64,000 bases of DNA, taken from assembly GCA_002269645.1 (NCBI GenBank), contig NIVC01002525.1:62001-126000 (forward strand), written 5' to 3'. Of this stretch, positions 1 through 9,697 are shown one piece after another. This stretch comes from Macrostomum lignano. Lineage: Eukaryota. Made by a program: the position numbers and the translations under genes. The notes beneath the pieces are model-generated. The model saw nothing but the letters and a program-made list of their open reading frames with translations. It did not search any database and was not told where the DNA came from. The first letter of the stretch is position 1, and the number at the start of each line of letters is the position of its first letter.

Positions 1-133
1 TGATGCCTAAAAATTCTTGTTCAAAACAGTTTATTTTCAGATTAAACAGTCGTCACTTAAGGACTAAGTGACTACTTAAACAGTAGTCACTTCCTGTGCT
101 GTAGACAGTTTCTGTGTTACGAATGAATTTCAG

Positions 134-1893
134 ATCCCTACACTCGCCGACTTTGCCACGGCTCTGCTGAACGCTTTCGTTGTCGAACGCTTTTGCGGTC
201 GTCGGCTCGTCATGTCATTTGCACTGGGCGTTGCCTCAGCTCTCATCCCTCTGCTGGCCTTCTGCATACACATCGCTGTCAGAATCACCTTATTCTTCAT
301 CATCCGCTTCTTTGTGACCAGCGGATACAGTGTGATCTGGCTGTACGTTCTCGAGGCCTATCCGACTTCGCTCCGAACGACTGCCGTAGCATTTCTCTCG
401 TCGTTCAGTCGAATCGCGTCCATTCTGATGCCATTTGTGGCTCAGATGTTTCTTGTTCGCGTATCGCTTCTGGGCGGGCTTTTCATCTTCTCTGGAGTTC
501 TGGCGCTGGCCGCGGTTAGCGCCGCTCTGCTGCCCATCGAGACCAAGGACAGACCGCTGAAACAGACGAAATTAATGGAAGAGGTAATTTTTTCTCGATG
601 CTAGCCGAATAATCAACGTGTCCCACCTTTAAAATTACAGCCAACGGGTTCTGATTTCTACAAATCTGCGATCGAGCTGAAATTAAATTGTCATACAGTA
701 CTCGTACACTCATAGCTTGAATTTGCTATGTGACAATACAACTAGTATCTATAGGAAATCATTGATCAGCCGTAAAATTGCCATTAAATCAGTCAGTGTA
801 GTAGCTAGCAGTACGAAGTAGTCAGCTCGTATTTGAAATTAACTTTATCGTGAGTTCTGACACTACGTCTACCAGATCATGTGGGCTTTCGCTTAAGCCA
901 CGATTGGAAAGAGGCTGTTGCTGTTGTTAACCCTCATCAGAAACTTCGCGGAAGAGGAGGGTAGGGAGGAGGAGGGCAATTCACAGCCATGTGAGCCAAC
1001 CCCTAAGACACAGAGAGTGTACAAGACTGACCATTTGAAAGTCTGGCCCACTGTGCACCCTGTGTGAGCGTGTGTATGACAAGGACTGCTCAAGTAGAAG
1101 GACGGGAAACCTCGTTTCTTAGAAAATTTTAGGAGGCTCTTTTTCCGAAAAAAATACCCAACGGAGATATAGGAAGTTTTCATTTTTTCTTCAATAGGAG
1201 GCAGACCCATCAATTTTCATCTTTTGATATGTTGAGACTTTCTTATGGCTCTATTGATATTTACCTGGTATAAAGCTTTTCGTTCAGAAATAAGGATTTT
1301 ATGTTAATTTTATGTTTATGTACATCCCCTGTGCGTAAAAATCATAAAAATGCGTGGCAAAGCTCGAATCTTTGGTTTTATGAATCTATTTTATCATCTT
1401 TGTTAGACTTATTTGTTACAAAGTCCGCTAAGAATAAAAAATCGATTTAAAAAACCAGTGAGCCGAGCCGTGCCATTTTAATGGTTTTTAGTCACAGGAC
1501 ATGTACAATTGTCCGTAGAATAAAAAATAACATTTCTAAGATTTGTTTATTTTCAAAGAAACGAGATTTCCCGTCATTCTGCTTGAGTAGTCCTTGGTGT
1601 ATGAGTTCGCCCCTTAGTACAGCATTGGCCTGTTTGTATGTGCTCTGGTTGTTTGACACTGGTTGTGGGCTATATGTCACCGAAGGCACTGTGTCAGGGA
1701 GCCTACGGCAATGCGAACATTGAATATTGAACGTTTATAACAGATTAAATTAAGTGCTTTGATCGTTAACAAAACACACTAATTTCAGGATGACACCTCG
1801 GATGAGCGGCTGCTGATGAAGGCCAATTCCGAAGTTGACAATCCGCTGCCGCAGCGCTATGGCAGCGTGGAGACTATTGAAAAGAAAGATTGA
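134..1893 (+). CDS. 3' part (last two exons: 134-583, 1789-1893) of an SVOP-like MFS transporter, inverted copy of the 5919-9697 gene
   Basis: Acceptor tttcag|ATC at 134, donor GAG|gtaatt at 583, acceptor tttcag|GAT at 1789, stop TGA at 1893, all phase 0. Encodes IWLYVLEAYPTSLRTTAVAFLSSFSRIASI and ALLPIETKDRPL, typical of the SV2/SVOP family. Upstream exons lie outside the window. Confidence 0.85.
1080..1596. mobile_element. MITE (non-autonomous DNA transposon, hAT or P superfamily), 517 bp
   Basis: 40-bp TIRs caaggactgctcaagtagaaggacgggaaacctcgtttct (36/40 match by eye). Perfect 8-bp TSD gtgtatga at 1072-1079 and 1597-1604. No ORF. Confidence 0.9.
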
Positions 1894-2299
1894 CTGCTTA
1901 GAGAATGTGTGCTATAATTTTACATGAATTTTTCGTTGCGCAGTTGTGCGAAAGCATCATGTCCGATATGTCTTCAGATGCAATAAATCTGCATGTACGG
2001 GATTGTCTAAAACGGAGCTTCGAAGTTTACGACTGATTTCTGGTGCGGCAGCTTGCGTGTCGACGCAAAAATAATCTGGCTGCTGCAGTGTTCTCTTTGT
2101 TGTCATGGCGATTGAAGAATTTAAGAGTGGTGATCAGTCACTCAAAAACTCCCACTTCTAGACACTGGGGAACAAGTGCCTAGGTATTTACCAGTTTAAA
2201 AAACTTACTGCGGCAGATCCTCTTGTGGTTGGTAGACTTCTGGTTCTTGTGGTGTGTGTGACTCTGTCTAACTTGGCTGAGCGGTCAATCTCCGCTTGG

Positions 2300-2620
2300 G
2301 TCTGCTAGTGCAATTAACAGTAGAAAGACAATGGGGGTGTATTTCAAATACACACATTCTTCCTTTGTCTGGATCTCCAAGAATATTCAACCAATTGCCA
2401 TGAAAATCCAGAACACGGGCTAAAATTTTCCACTCTTTTCGATGAAGCAACTTCGAGAATCACGAAAAATCGGCATCGTCAAGAAATTCGACGATTTTCC
2501 TCGTGATCTCATCATGAAACGGCTCAACAAACTATGCATATCAGTTGTAGAGGCCTTTGTTCTCAGCATCCCAGGCACCAGGGTCCCCTTCATCACCGTC
2601 TGGAGCATCGGCGGCGACTG
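2300..2620 (+). pseudogene. Heavily decayed reverse-transcriptase fragment (retroelement remnant)
   Basis: With frameshifts it reads HILPLSGSPRIFNQL ... IGIVKKFDDF(LVI), resembling the LPFGL..SP.IF and YLDDFL RT motifs in the right order and roughly the right spacing. Confidence 0.4.
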
Positions 2621-2902
2621 TCGGGACCTTCAACAAAAGACTCTTCTGCATGCAGCATTCAGTCAGTAGACACAATCGGTGAATAAAATGGACGATGGCG
2701 ACTCTCTAGGCTGACCTGTAGACATACAAGCGACCTTCGGGACCTTCAACGGAGTGCCACCACGCGGCCCTGACGAGCTGGCACCCCCCAACATCGTGAT
2801 TTTTCTACCAGGGCACCAAACCAGGCACGTCTGTATATTATACAATGGTCCTGCACCATGTTCAGCATTCAGCTCTGTCTGGACGACCTTCGGGACCTTC
2901 AA

Positions 2903-3262
2903 TATTTGTTATAAAGTCAGCTAAGAATGATATATATTAGATTCATAAAACCAAAGAGCTGGGCCGTGCCATTTTAATGGTTTTTCGTCGCAGAACATGT
3001 AAAATTCTACGTCGAATAAATAAATAACATAGAATCCTAATTTTCTGAATGAAAATCTTTATGAATATCGATAGAGCAATAAGAAAGGCACAACATATTA
3101 AAAGATGAACACTGGGTCTGTCTCCTATCAAAAGCAATAAAAAGTTTTGTGCTGAAAAGAATGAAAACTTCCTATCTCCGTAGTGTATTTTTTTCGGAAA
3201 ACCTGCCTCCTAAACTCTTCCAGAAAATGAGATTTCCCGTTTTTCTACTTAAGTAGTACTCG
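2903..3262 (-). mobile_element. Diverged partial copy of the 1080-1596 MITE family
   Basis: Shares gccgtgccattttaatggttttt, aatgaaaacttcctat and the TIR-like end gagatttcccgtttttctacttaagtagt. Confidence 0.7.
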
Positions 3263-3620
3263 GAAAAAAATTTGAAAATATGCACGTTTTCCCAGTCAAG
3301 TAGCTAGCAGACTCTATCGTTTCTGTGTGTTTCAGCTGTTCTACCAAATGCAAGCAGTCCTCTCCTTACTCAAATGTGTTTTCATAAACTTTTAATCGAA
3401 ATCGGAAAAAAGCGCACTATTTTGCTCCAATGCTTGTCTGGCCTCGTTAGGTAAAAGTGAAAAGCTCGTTCCACTCCAGATTGCTAATTATATAACTGCC
3501 TGGTGTAGACTGTGATTCTTGTGCCAGAATTTCCCTAAAAATATGATTAAGCATTCTGTGTAATATTTTGTGCAGCAAGCCTGTGAAGGAACCTTTTGTT
3601 TGCTAACTCCTACCGTACCT

Positions 3621-3720
3621 ACCATCGTCTGCTTAGACTTTGACAAGCTGGCTCTCATCCTGACCTACAGTCAGCCAATCAGCACCATCGAAGAGAAACT
3701 GCTGTGGGAGTCTCTTAGAA
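3621..3720 (+). pseudogene. Remnant of the last exon of a C-type lectin/PAN paralog with an internal deletion
   Basis: Reads ALILTYSQPISTIEEKLLWESLR versus ALILTYSQ...TNEEKLLWEKFLKK in the 22392-22831 exon. DNA matches are 15/16 (ctgacctacagtcagc) and 20/21 (gaagagaaactgctgtgggag). Confidence 0.6.
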
Positions 3721-4036
3721 GTAATAATAATAATAATAATAATAATTGATTGCACCTGCCCCAATTGGGCCAGATGTGCAACCGACAGCTCAGCCGCAGC
3801 TATTGCGCGGCGCATCTGAAGGCTGCGTACGGCTGTTCAGTCCAAGGACTGGAGGGTCGCCACACAGCCTCAATTACCCCAGCTAATGCTGGCACCCATT
3901 CTACAGCTGGGTGAACTGAAGCAATGCAGAGTTAAGCGTCTTGCTCAAGGACACAAATTGTTCCGAGTGAGTCAAGAATCGAACCCCCGACCTTCAAGTC
4001 GTGAGTCCGACGCTCTGACCGCTAGGCTACAGTCTG
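3721..4036 (-). mobile_element. tRNA-derived SINE with CORE-like central domain and (AAT)n tail
   Basis: On the minus strand: A-box-like tagcctagcgg, B-box ggttcgattc, central gtgtccttgagcaagacgcttaactctgcattgcttcagttcacccagctgtagaatggg, then an (att)n tail. Candidate TSD tcttagaa at 3713-3720 and 4037-4044. Second copy at 46779-47100. Confidence 0.85.
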
Positions 4037-4297
4037 TCTTAGAATGTAAGTGACTAAAAATTACTAAAAAATTAAGCTAGTTTTCGTGACAAACAGTCAG
4101 TAGAAAATACACGAACGTAATAAGCGTACGATCTGTTAGGGTGCTAATTTTAACGACATCATTTTGAAAAAATTCACGATATTGCAAATCAAAGTACATC
4201 GATAGGACTGGCTACAAGTAGAAGGAGGTCACATATTGTGCAAAATCGTACATATATTTCACTGCAAACCTGCTTTTGCTGCAAACTGCCACAATTT

Positions 4298-4783
4298 AAA
4301 AGAAGCGTCATGTCAACCATAAAAGAAGCGTCATGTCAACCATAAAAGAAGCGTCATGTCAACCATAAAAGAAACGTCATGTCAACCATAAAAGAAACGT
4401 CATGTCAACCATAAAAAAAGCGTCATGTCAACCATAAAAGAAACGTCATGCCAACCATAAAAAAAGCGTCATGTCAACCATAAAAGAAACGTCATGTCAA
4501 CCATAAAAGAAACGTCATGTCAACCATAAAAGAAACGTCATGTCAACCATAAAAGAAGCGTCATGTCAACCATAAAAGAAGCGTCATGTCAACCATAAAA
4601 GAAACGTCATGTCAACCATAAAAGAAACGTCATGTCAACCATAAAAGAAGCGTCATGTCAACCATAAAAGAAGCGTCATGTCAACCATAAAAGAAACGTC
4701 ATGTCAACCATAAAAGAAACGTCATGTCAACCATAAAAGAAACGTCATGTCAACCATAAAAGAAGCGTAATGTCAACCATAAA
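4298..4783. repeat. 23-bp minisatellite, ~21 copies (aaaagaagcgtcatgtcaaccat)
   Basis: Directly visible tandem array with g/a variants. Confidence 0.97.
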
Positions 4784-5526
4784 TATCGTGTAGAGAGTTA
4801 TTAAACCATACCGTAATGCTCTACTTAAAGTAATATTCTAAGGAAGTCAATTTCTTTCAAAATGAGTCATATCTATTTTAGGAATCACGCGCAAACAGAA
4901 TGATTTAGAACCCTACATTGTTTGATCAAGGAACTGGATTCCAACAGCTGTATTTGCTTAACTCCATATATGGTAATGCTCAAACATGCATGACAGCTTA
5001 ATCAAATATTTTTGACCGAAGTAAATACCCAATCACAAACCGGTTTTTCTCCAAAATTTTGCTATAAATATAAGTGAAAATTCGAGTAAAAAATTCAGAC
5101 TCAGAGCGGTCTCTAAGAAGACTCCGAAGAAACAAGAAGACCAATCTCTGAGGAACCACACTTGTCCAATTGGTAAGCGTTTACCAGTTTCAGTTCTTTT
5201 GTTGTTAGCGTTAATAAGTTGATTCATTGAGTTTACGAGAGCTGTTTATTGTCGATACAGTTGAGAAAGGCCTCCTTGTTTTCCTAGGATATATTCCTAG
5301 AGGATTTATTGATTTAGTTGAGTTATCCGTTATGTTTCGGACGTAACGAAGAAGCCGACCTTCAGGAGGACCTATCACAGAAACTTAGAGAATTCGATTG
5401 TTCATTACGTTCTATTGTTAATTCCGAGCTCGAGGACCGTCAAGAAGTTCTGATTCGCTCTCGTTTTGGTCGACCCACAGATAAAAGTCAAGGACTCAAG
5501 AAGACTACTCCAAATCGGCCGTCACT

Positions 5527-7434
5527 ACCGCTCAGCCAAGTTAGACAGAGTCACACACACCGCAAGAACCAGAAGTCTACCAACCACAAGAGGATCTGCC
5601 GCAGTAAGTTTTTTAAACTGGTAAATACCTAGGCACTTGTTCCCCAGTGTCTAGAAGTGGGAGTTTTTGAGTGACTGATCACCACTCTTAAACTCTTCAA
5701 TCGCCATGACAACAAAGAGAACACTGCAGCAGCCAGATTATTTTTGCGTCGACACGCAAGCTGCCGCACCAGAAATCAGTCGTAAACTTCGAAGCTCCGT
5801 TTTAGACAATCCTGTACATGCATATTTATTGCATCTGAAGACATATCGGACATGATGCTTTCGCACAACTGCGCAACGAAAAATTCATGTACAATTATAG
5901 CACACATTCTCTAAGCAGTCAATCTTTCTTTTCAATAGTCTCCACGCTGCCATAGCGCTGCGGCAGCGGATTGTCAACTTCGGAATTGGCCTTCATCAGC
6001 AGCCGCTCATCCGAGGTGTCATCCTGAAATTAGTGTGTTTTGTTAACGATCAAAGCACTTAATTCAATCTGTTATAAACTTTCAATATTCAATGTTCGCA
6101 TTGCGAACATTTCGCATTTTTATGATTTTTACGCACAGAGGATGTACGTAGAAGAAGAAATTAACATAAAATCCTTATTTCTGAACGAAAAGCTTTATAA
6201 ATATCAATAGAGCCATAAGAAAGTCTTAACATATCAAAAGATGAAAATTGATGGGTCTGCCTCCTATGGAAGAAAAAATGAAAACTTCCTATATCTCCGT
6301 TGGATATTTTTTTCCGAAAAAGAGCCTCCTAAAATTTTCTAAGAAACGAGGTTTCCCGTCCTTCTACTTGAGCAGTCCTTGTCATACACACGCTCACACA
6401 GGGTGCACAGTGGGCCAGACTTTCAAATGGTCAGTCTTGTACACTCTCTGTGTCTTAGGGGTTGGCTCACATGGCTGTGAATTTCCCTCCTCCTCCCTAC
6501 CCTCCTCTTTCGCGAAGTTTCTGATGAGGGTTAACAACAGCAACAGCCTCTTTCCAATCGTGACTTAAGCGAAAGCCCACATGATCTGGTAGACGTAGTG
6601 TCAGAACTCACGATAAAGTTAATTTCAAATACGAGCTTACTACTGCTAGCTACTACACTGACTGATTTAATGGCAATTTTACGGCTAATCAATGATTTCC
6701 TATAGATACTAGTTGTATTGTCACATAGCAAATTCAAGTTATGAGTGTACGAGTACTGTATGACAATTTAATTTCATCTCGATGAACCCGTTGACTGTAA
6801 TTTTAAAGTTGGGACACGTTGATTATTCGGCTAGCATCGGGAAAAAATTACCTCTTCCATTAATTTCGTCTGTTTAAGCGGTCTGTCCTTGGTCTCGATG
6901 GGCAGCAGAGCGGCGCTAACCGCGGCCAGCGCCAGAACTCCCGAGAAGATGAACAGCCCGCCCAGAAGCGATACGCGAACAAGAAACATCTGAGCCACAA
7001 ATGGCATCAGAATGGACGCGATTCGACTGAACGACGAGAGAAATGCTACGGCAGTCGTTCGGAGCGAAGTCGGATAGGCCTCGAGAACGTACAGCCAGAT
7101 CACACTGTATCCGCTGGTCACAAAGAAGCGGATGATGAAGAATAAGGTGATTCTGACAGCGATGTGTATGCAGAAGGCCAGCAGAGGGATGAGAGCTGAG
7201 GCAACGCCCAGTGCAAATGACATGACGAGCCGACGACCGCAAAAGCGTTCGACAACGAAAGCGTTCAGCAGAGCCGTGGCAAAGTCGGCGAGTGTAGGGA
7301 TCTGAAATTCATTCGTAACACAGAAACTGTCTACAGCACAGGAAGTGACTACTGTTTAAGTAGTCACTTAGTCCTTAAGTGACGACTGTTTAATCTGAAA
7401 AGAAACTGTTTTGAACAAGAATTTTTAGGCATCA
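5527..7434 (-). repeat. Right arm of the inverted duplication (partner 1-2285), lacking the equivalent of 1355-1708
   Basis: Reverse-complement match to 1-1354 and 1709-2285. Confidence 0.95.
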
Positions 7435-9697
7435 TTGATTGGCGAAGCGAAAAAAATGTTCGCGAGAGATCCGGTAGACGATATAAAAATTCTGCGATAC
7501 TGAGGATAAAGTTTCAGAATAATCTAAATTAATAGAATTGAGACATACCATTAGTTCAATGTAGCTAATGGATTTACAGTTGCCACAGTTAGAAGCAAAA
7601 ACTTCAATGTTAACTACTGCAGAGGAGACGTTTCCCGTTGCCTGACATTTTTCGCGCAATAGTAGCGGTACCTGCACGTTCAACACAATCAGGCCGTAGT
7701 AGCTAAATCCCATTGCAAACGCGATCACGGCCAGCTGCAGACTCAGTCGCAGAAAGGTGGCTGGTCGAAGCATCTCCTTTAGACTACCATTCGCCTCTTT
7801 GGCATGCAAATCCGCATCGGTAAAGTCGCCATGGTAACGAGGCTGGGAATTCGTGTCGGCCATTTTGTTTAGTGCTTGACGAGTTTCCTCAATTCGACCC
7901 TGCAAATGTTAATTTTTAATAAGATAGTCATTAATGTCGGACTTAATGCGCGCTATTTCTTCAATTTCCTATTTTCCTACGAGCATTCTCATTTGAGCTC
8001 TTGGGACACAAAAAATTGTGCTAAGAAAATTGCGTACATTATATCATACCGGTACAGATAATGTTGTAAACCTCTGGTATTCTTTTACGCATCAATTAAA
8101 TAGTGCCCGGATCTAATGTAATATAATCTAATGTCTATGGCAAAGGTATGACAAATGGAAACGCTTGCATCCATCTCAAACCGTAGCACGGACCCGTGTA
8201 CTTACGTGTGCTTATATAATGCGGATCGTGTAGATATTCATCGAAAGCATTCACCTACCTGCAGCAGACTCTGTCTTGGTGACACAGGCAGCCAGAACAG
8301 CCAGAACAGGCCAAGCAAAAGCATCGGCAGAACTGACACTCCGGCCAGGTATCTCCAGCCGTGAGTCAGATCCAGCAGCAGCCAAGCAAAGCCGACTTCC
8401 AAAAGTCCACCGAAACACCAGAAAGTCTGCGGAAAAAATTAATTACTCAATCAATAGAAACTTGGCTGAAACAAATAGAAACAAACGCCTTCTAACATGC
8501 CACGTTACAAAATGTCAGAATCAGGGTACGCAGCGTCAAATTAAATTTTACTGTAGTAGGTCATAGTTTAGAAACGGGTTAGAATACGTTTTTACACTAC
8601 TGTCAGTAGTTCTAGCCAGAGAAACTATTCATGGTGGGTTAGATCGCGAATTTGGGTCTTTCTAATTACCGAGCGGTTGGGGCTCTTTGAGAAGAAGCGT
8701 TTGTTGCGTTTCCTAAGTTGCGGTCTTGGAACTTGCCAGCCTTGTCAGAGGCTTGTCAGAGGCCTTGTCAGGACTTGTCAGAGTTACGAGCATAAAGGCA
8801 AGAAAAGTAAGGATAGATCGGGGTAAAACTGTTAACGGTAGTCGATGCCCATAACAGTGCACAAAAGGTAGCCAATGTCTAACTGAACTGCACCACCTTA
8901 AGGGAAGTATTTGCGAAAACCTATTGCATGCTCATTTCATTTATGCTCGTTTTTTCTTTGAGTAAATAAATCGTTGGTTTCCTGTCTATTTTTGATCGGT
9001 AAGTACTGGGATTAGAGAAAATCAGGAACCTGCAGGTAGCAGCAACCTACCAAATCAAACCCATTAAAATCCACTTATAATAATAAACCAGTAGCCTAAG
9101 CCGCGAGGACACACTATTTCATTACCTAAGCATATTTCGTACCTGGAACACAAACCAAGCAGTTCCTCGTTGCTTTGTCGTCATGAACTCGCCCAATACA
9201 GCGCCTATAAGCGGCTGCACTCCTCCGACGCCCATGCCGACTAAGAAGCGAAGCAGCAGCACCCAGATCACGTTGGGAGCCAGAGCTGTCAGGCAACCGT
9301 AGAATACAACATAGCTCATGCAAACACTGTTGATAGAGCGACGGCAGAGCTTGTCGCCCAGCGGACCCCAAATATAGGCGCCAAAAAACATGCCTAAAAA
9401 TGTCACCGACGTTATTGACGACTTCCAACCGTCGCCGATGTGCCAGACGCACTGCAGCCGCTCACCGACCATGCTGACGTACTGGATCTGCATCTTGTCG
9501 CTGGCTTGAATCAGGCCGCATAGAATGATTACGATTACCTGCCAGAAACAATTACCTGGGATTTAAAACCAAAATGCAATACACAAGTACCAGTGTCTCT
9601 GCTTTAGTGAAGTTTTTACCTGAAAGCGTCCGAATCCGATGCCGTCGATGACGGAGTTGATCTCTCTCGGCTCGATTCCCACTTCACCACTGGGCAT
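5919..9697 (-). CDS. SVOP-like (SV2-related) MFS transporter, paralog A, 6 exons, ~515 aa
   Basis: Exons 9620-9697, 9143-9538, 8259-8426, 7549-7899, 6852-7301, 5919-6023, all GT-AG and phase 0, joining without stops. Family motifs include IDGIGFGRFQ, WGPLGDKLCRR, LLRFLVGMGVGG, EFMTTKQRG, GWRYL and VLEAYPTSLR. Confidence 0.92.
6114..6381 (-). mobile_element. One-ended (truncated) mirror copy of the 1080-1596 MITE
   Basis: Retains one TIR (ends ...agcagtccttg at 6381) and its adjacent TSD tcatacac; the other end is deleted. Confidence 0.85.

Larger units (their letters stand above)
1..2285 (+). repeat. Left arm of a large inverted duplication (partner 5527-7434); extends beyond the window edge
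   Basis: Base 1 pairs with 7434 (tgatgcctaaaaattcttg vs caagaatttttaggcatca). Mirror ORFs 212-604(+) and 6831-7223(-) give identical proteins. Similarity stops at gagcggt 2285 / accgctc 5527. Confidence 0.95.

Noticed and set aside
893-1213. 106-aa ORF duplicated at 6248-6568
   Set aside because: Spans MITE and intron sequence antisense to the SVOP copy; duplicated only as part of the inverted arm.
4298-4783. Regular arrays (23, 47, 21, 38 bp) as CRISPR arrays
   Set aside because: Units are head-to-tail with no unique spacers, there are no cas genes, and the context is eukaryotic.
5318-5526. Possible non-LTR retrotransposon fragment (LREFDCSLRSIVNSELEDRQ)
   Set aside because: The resemblance is too faint and there are no flanking motifs.
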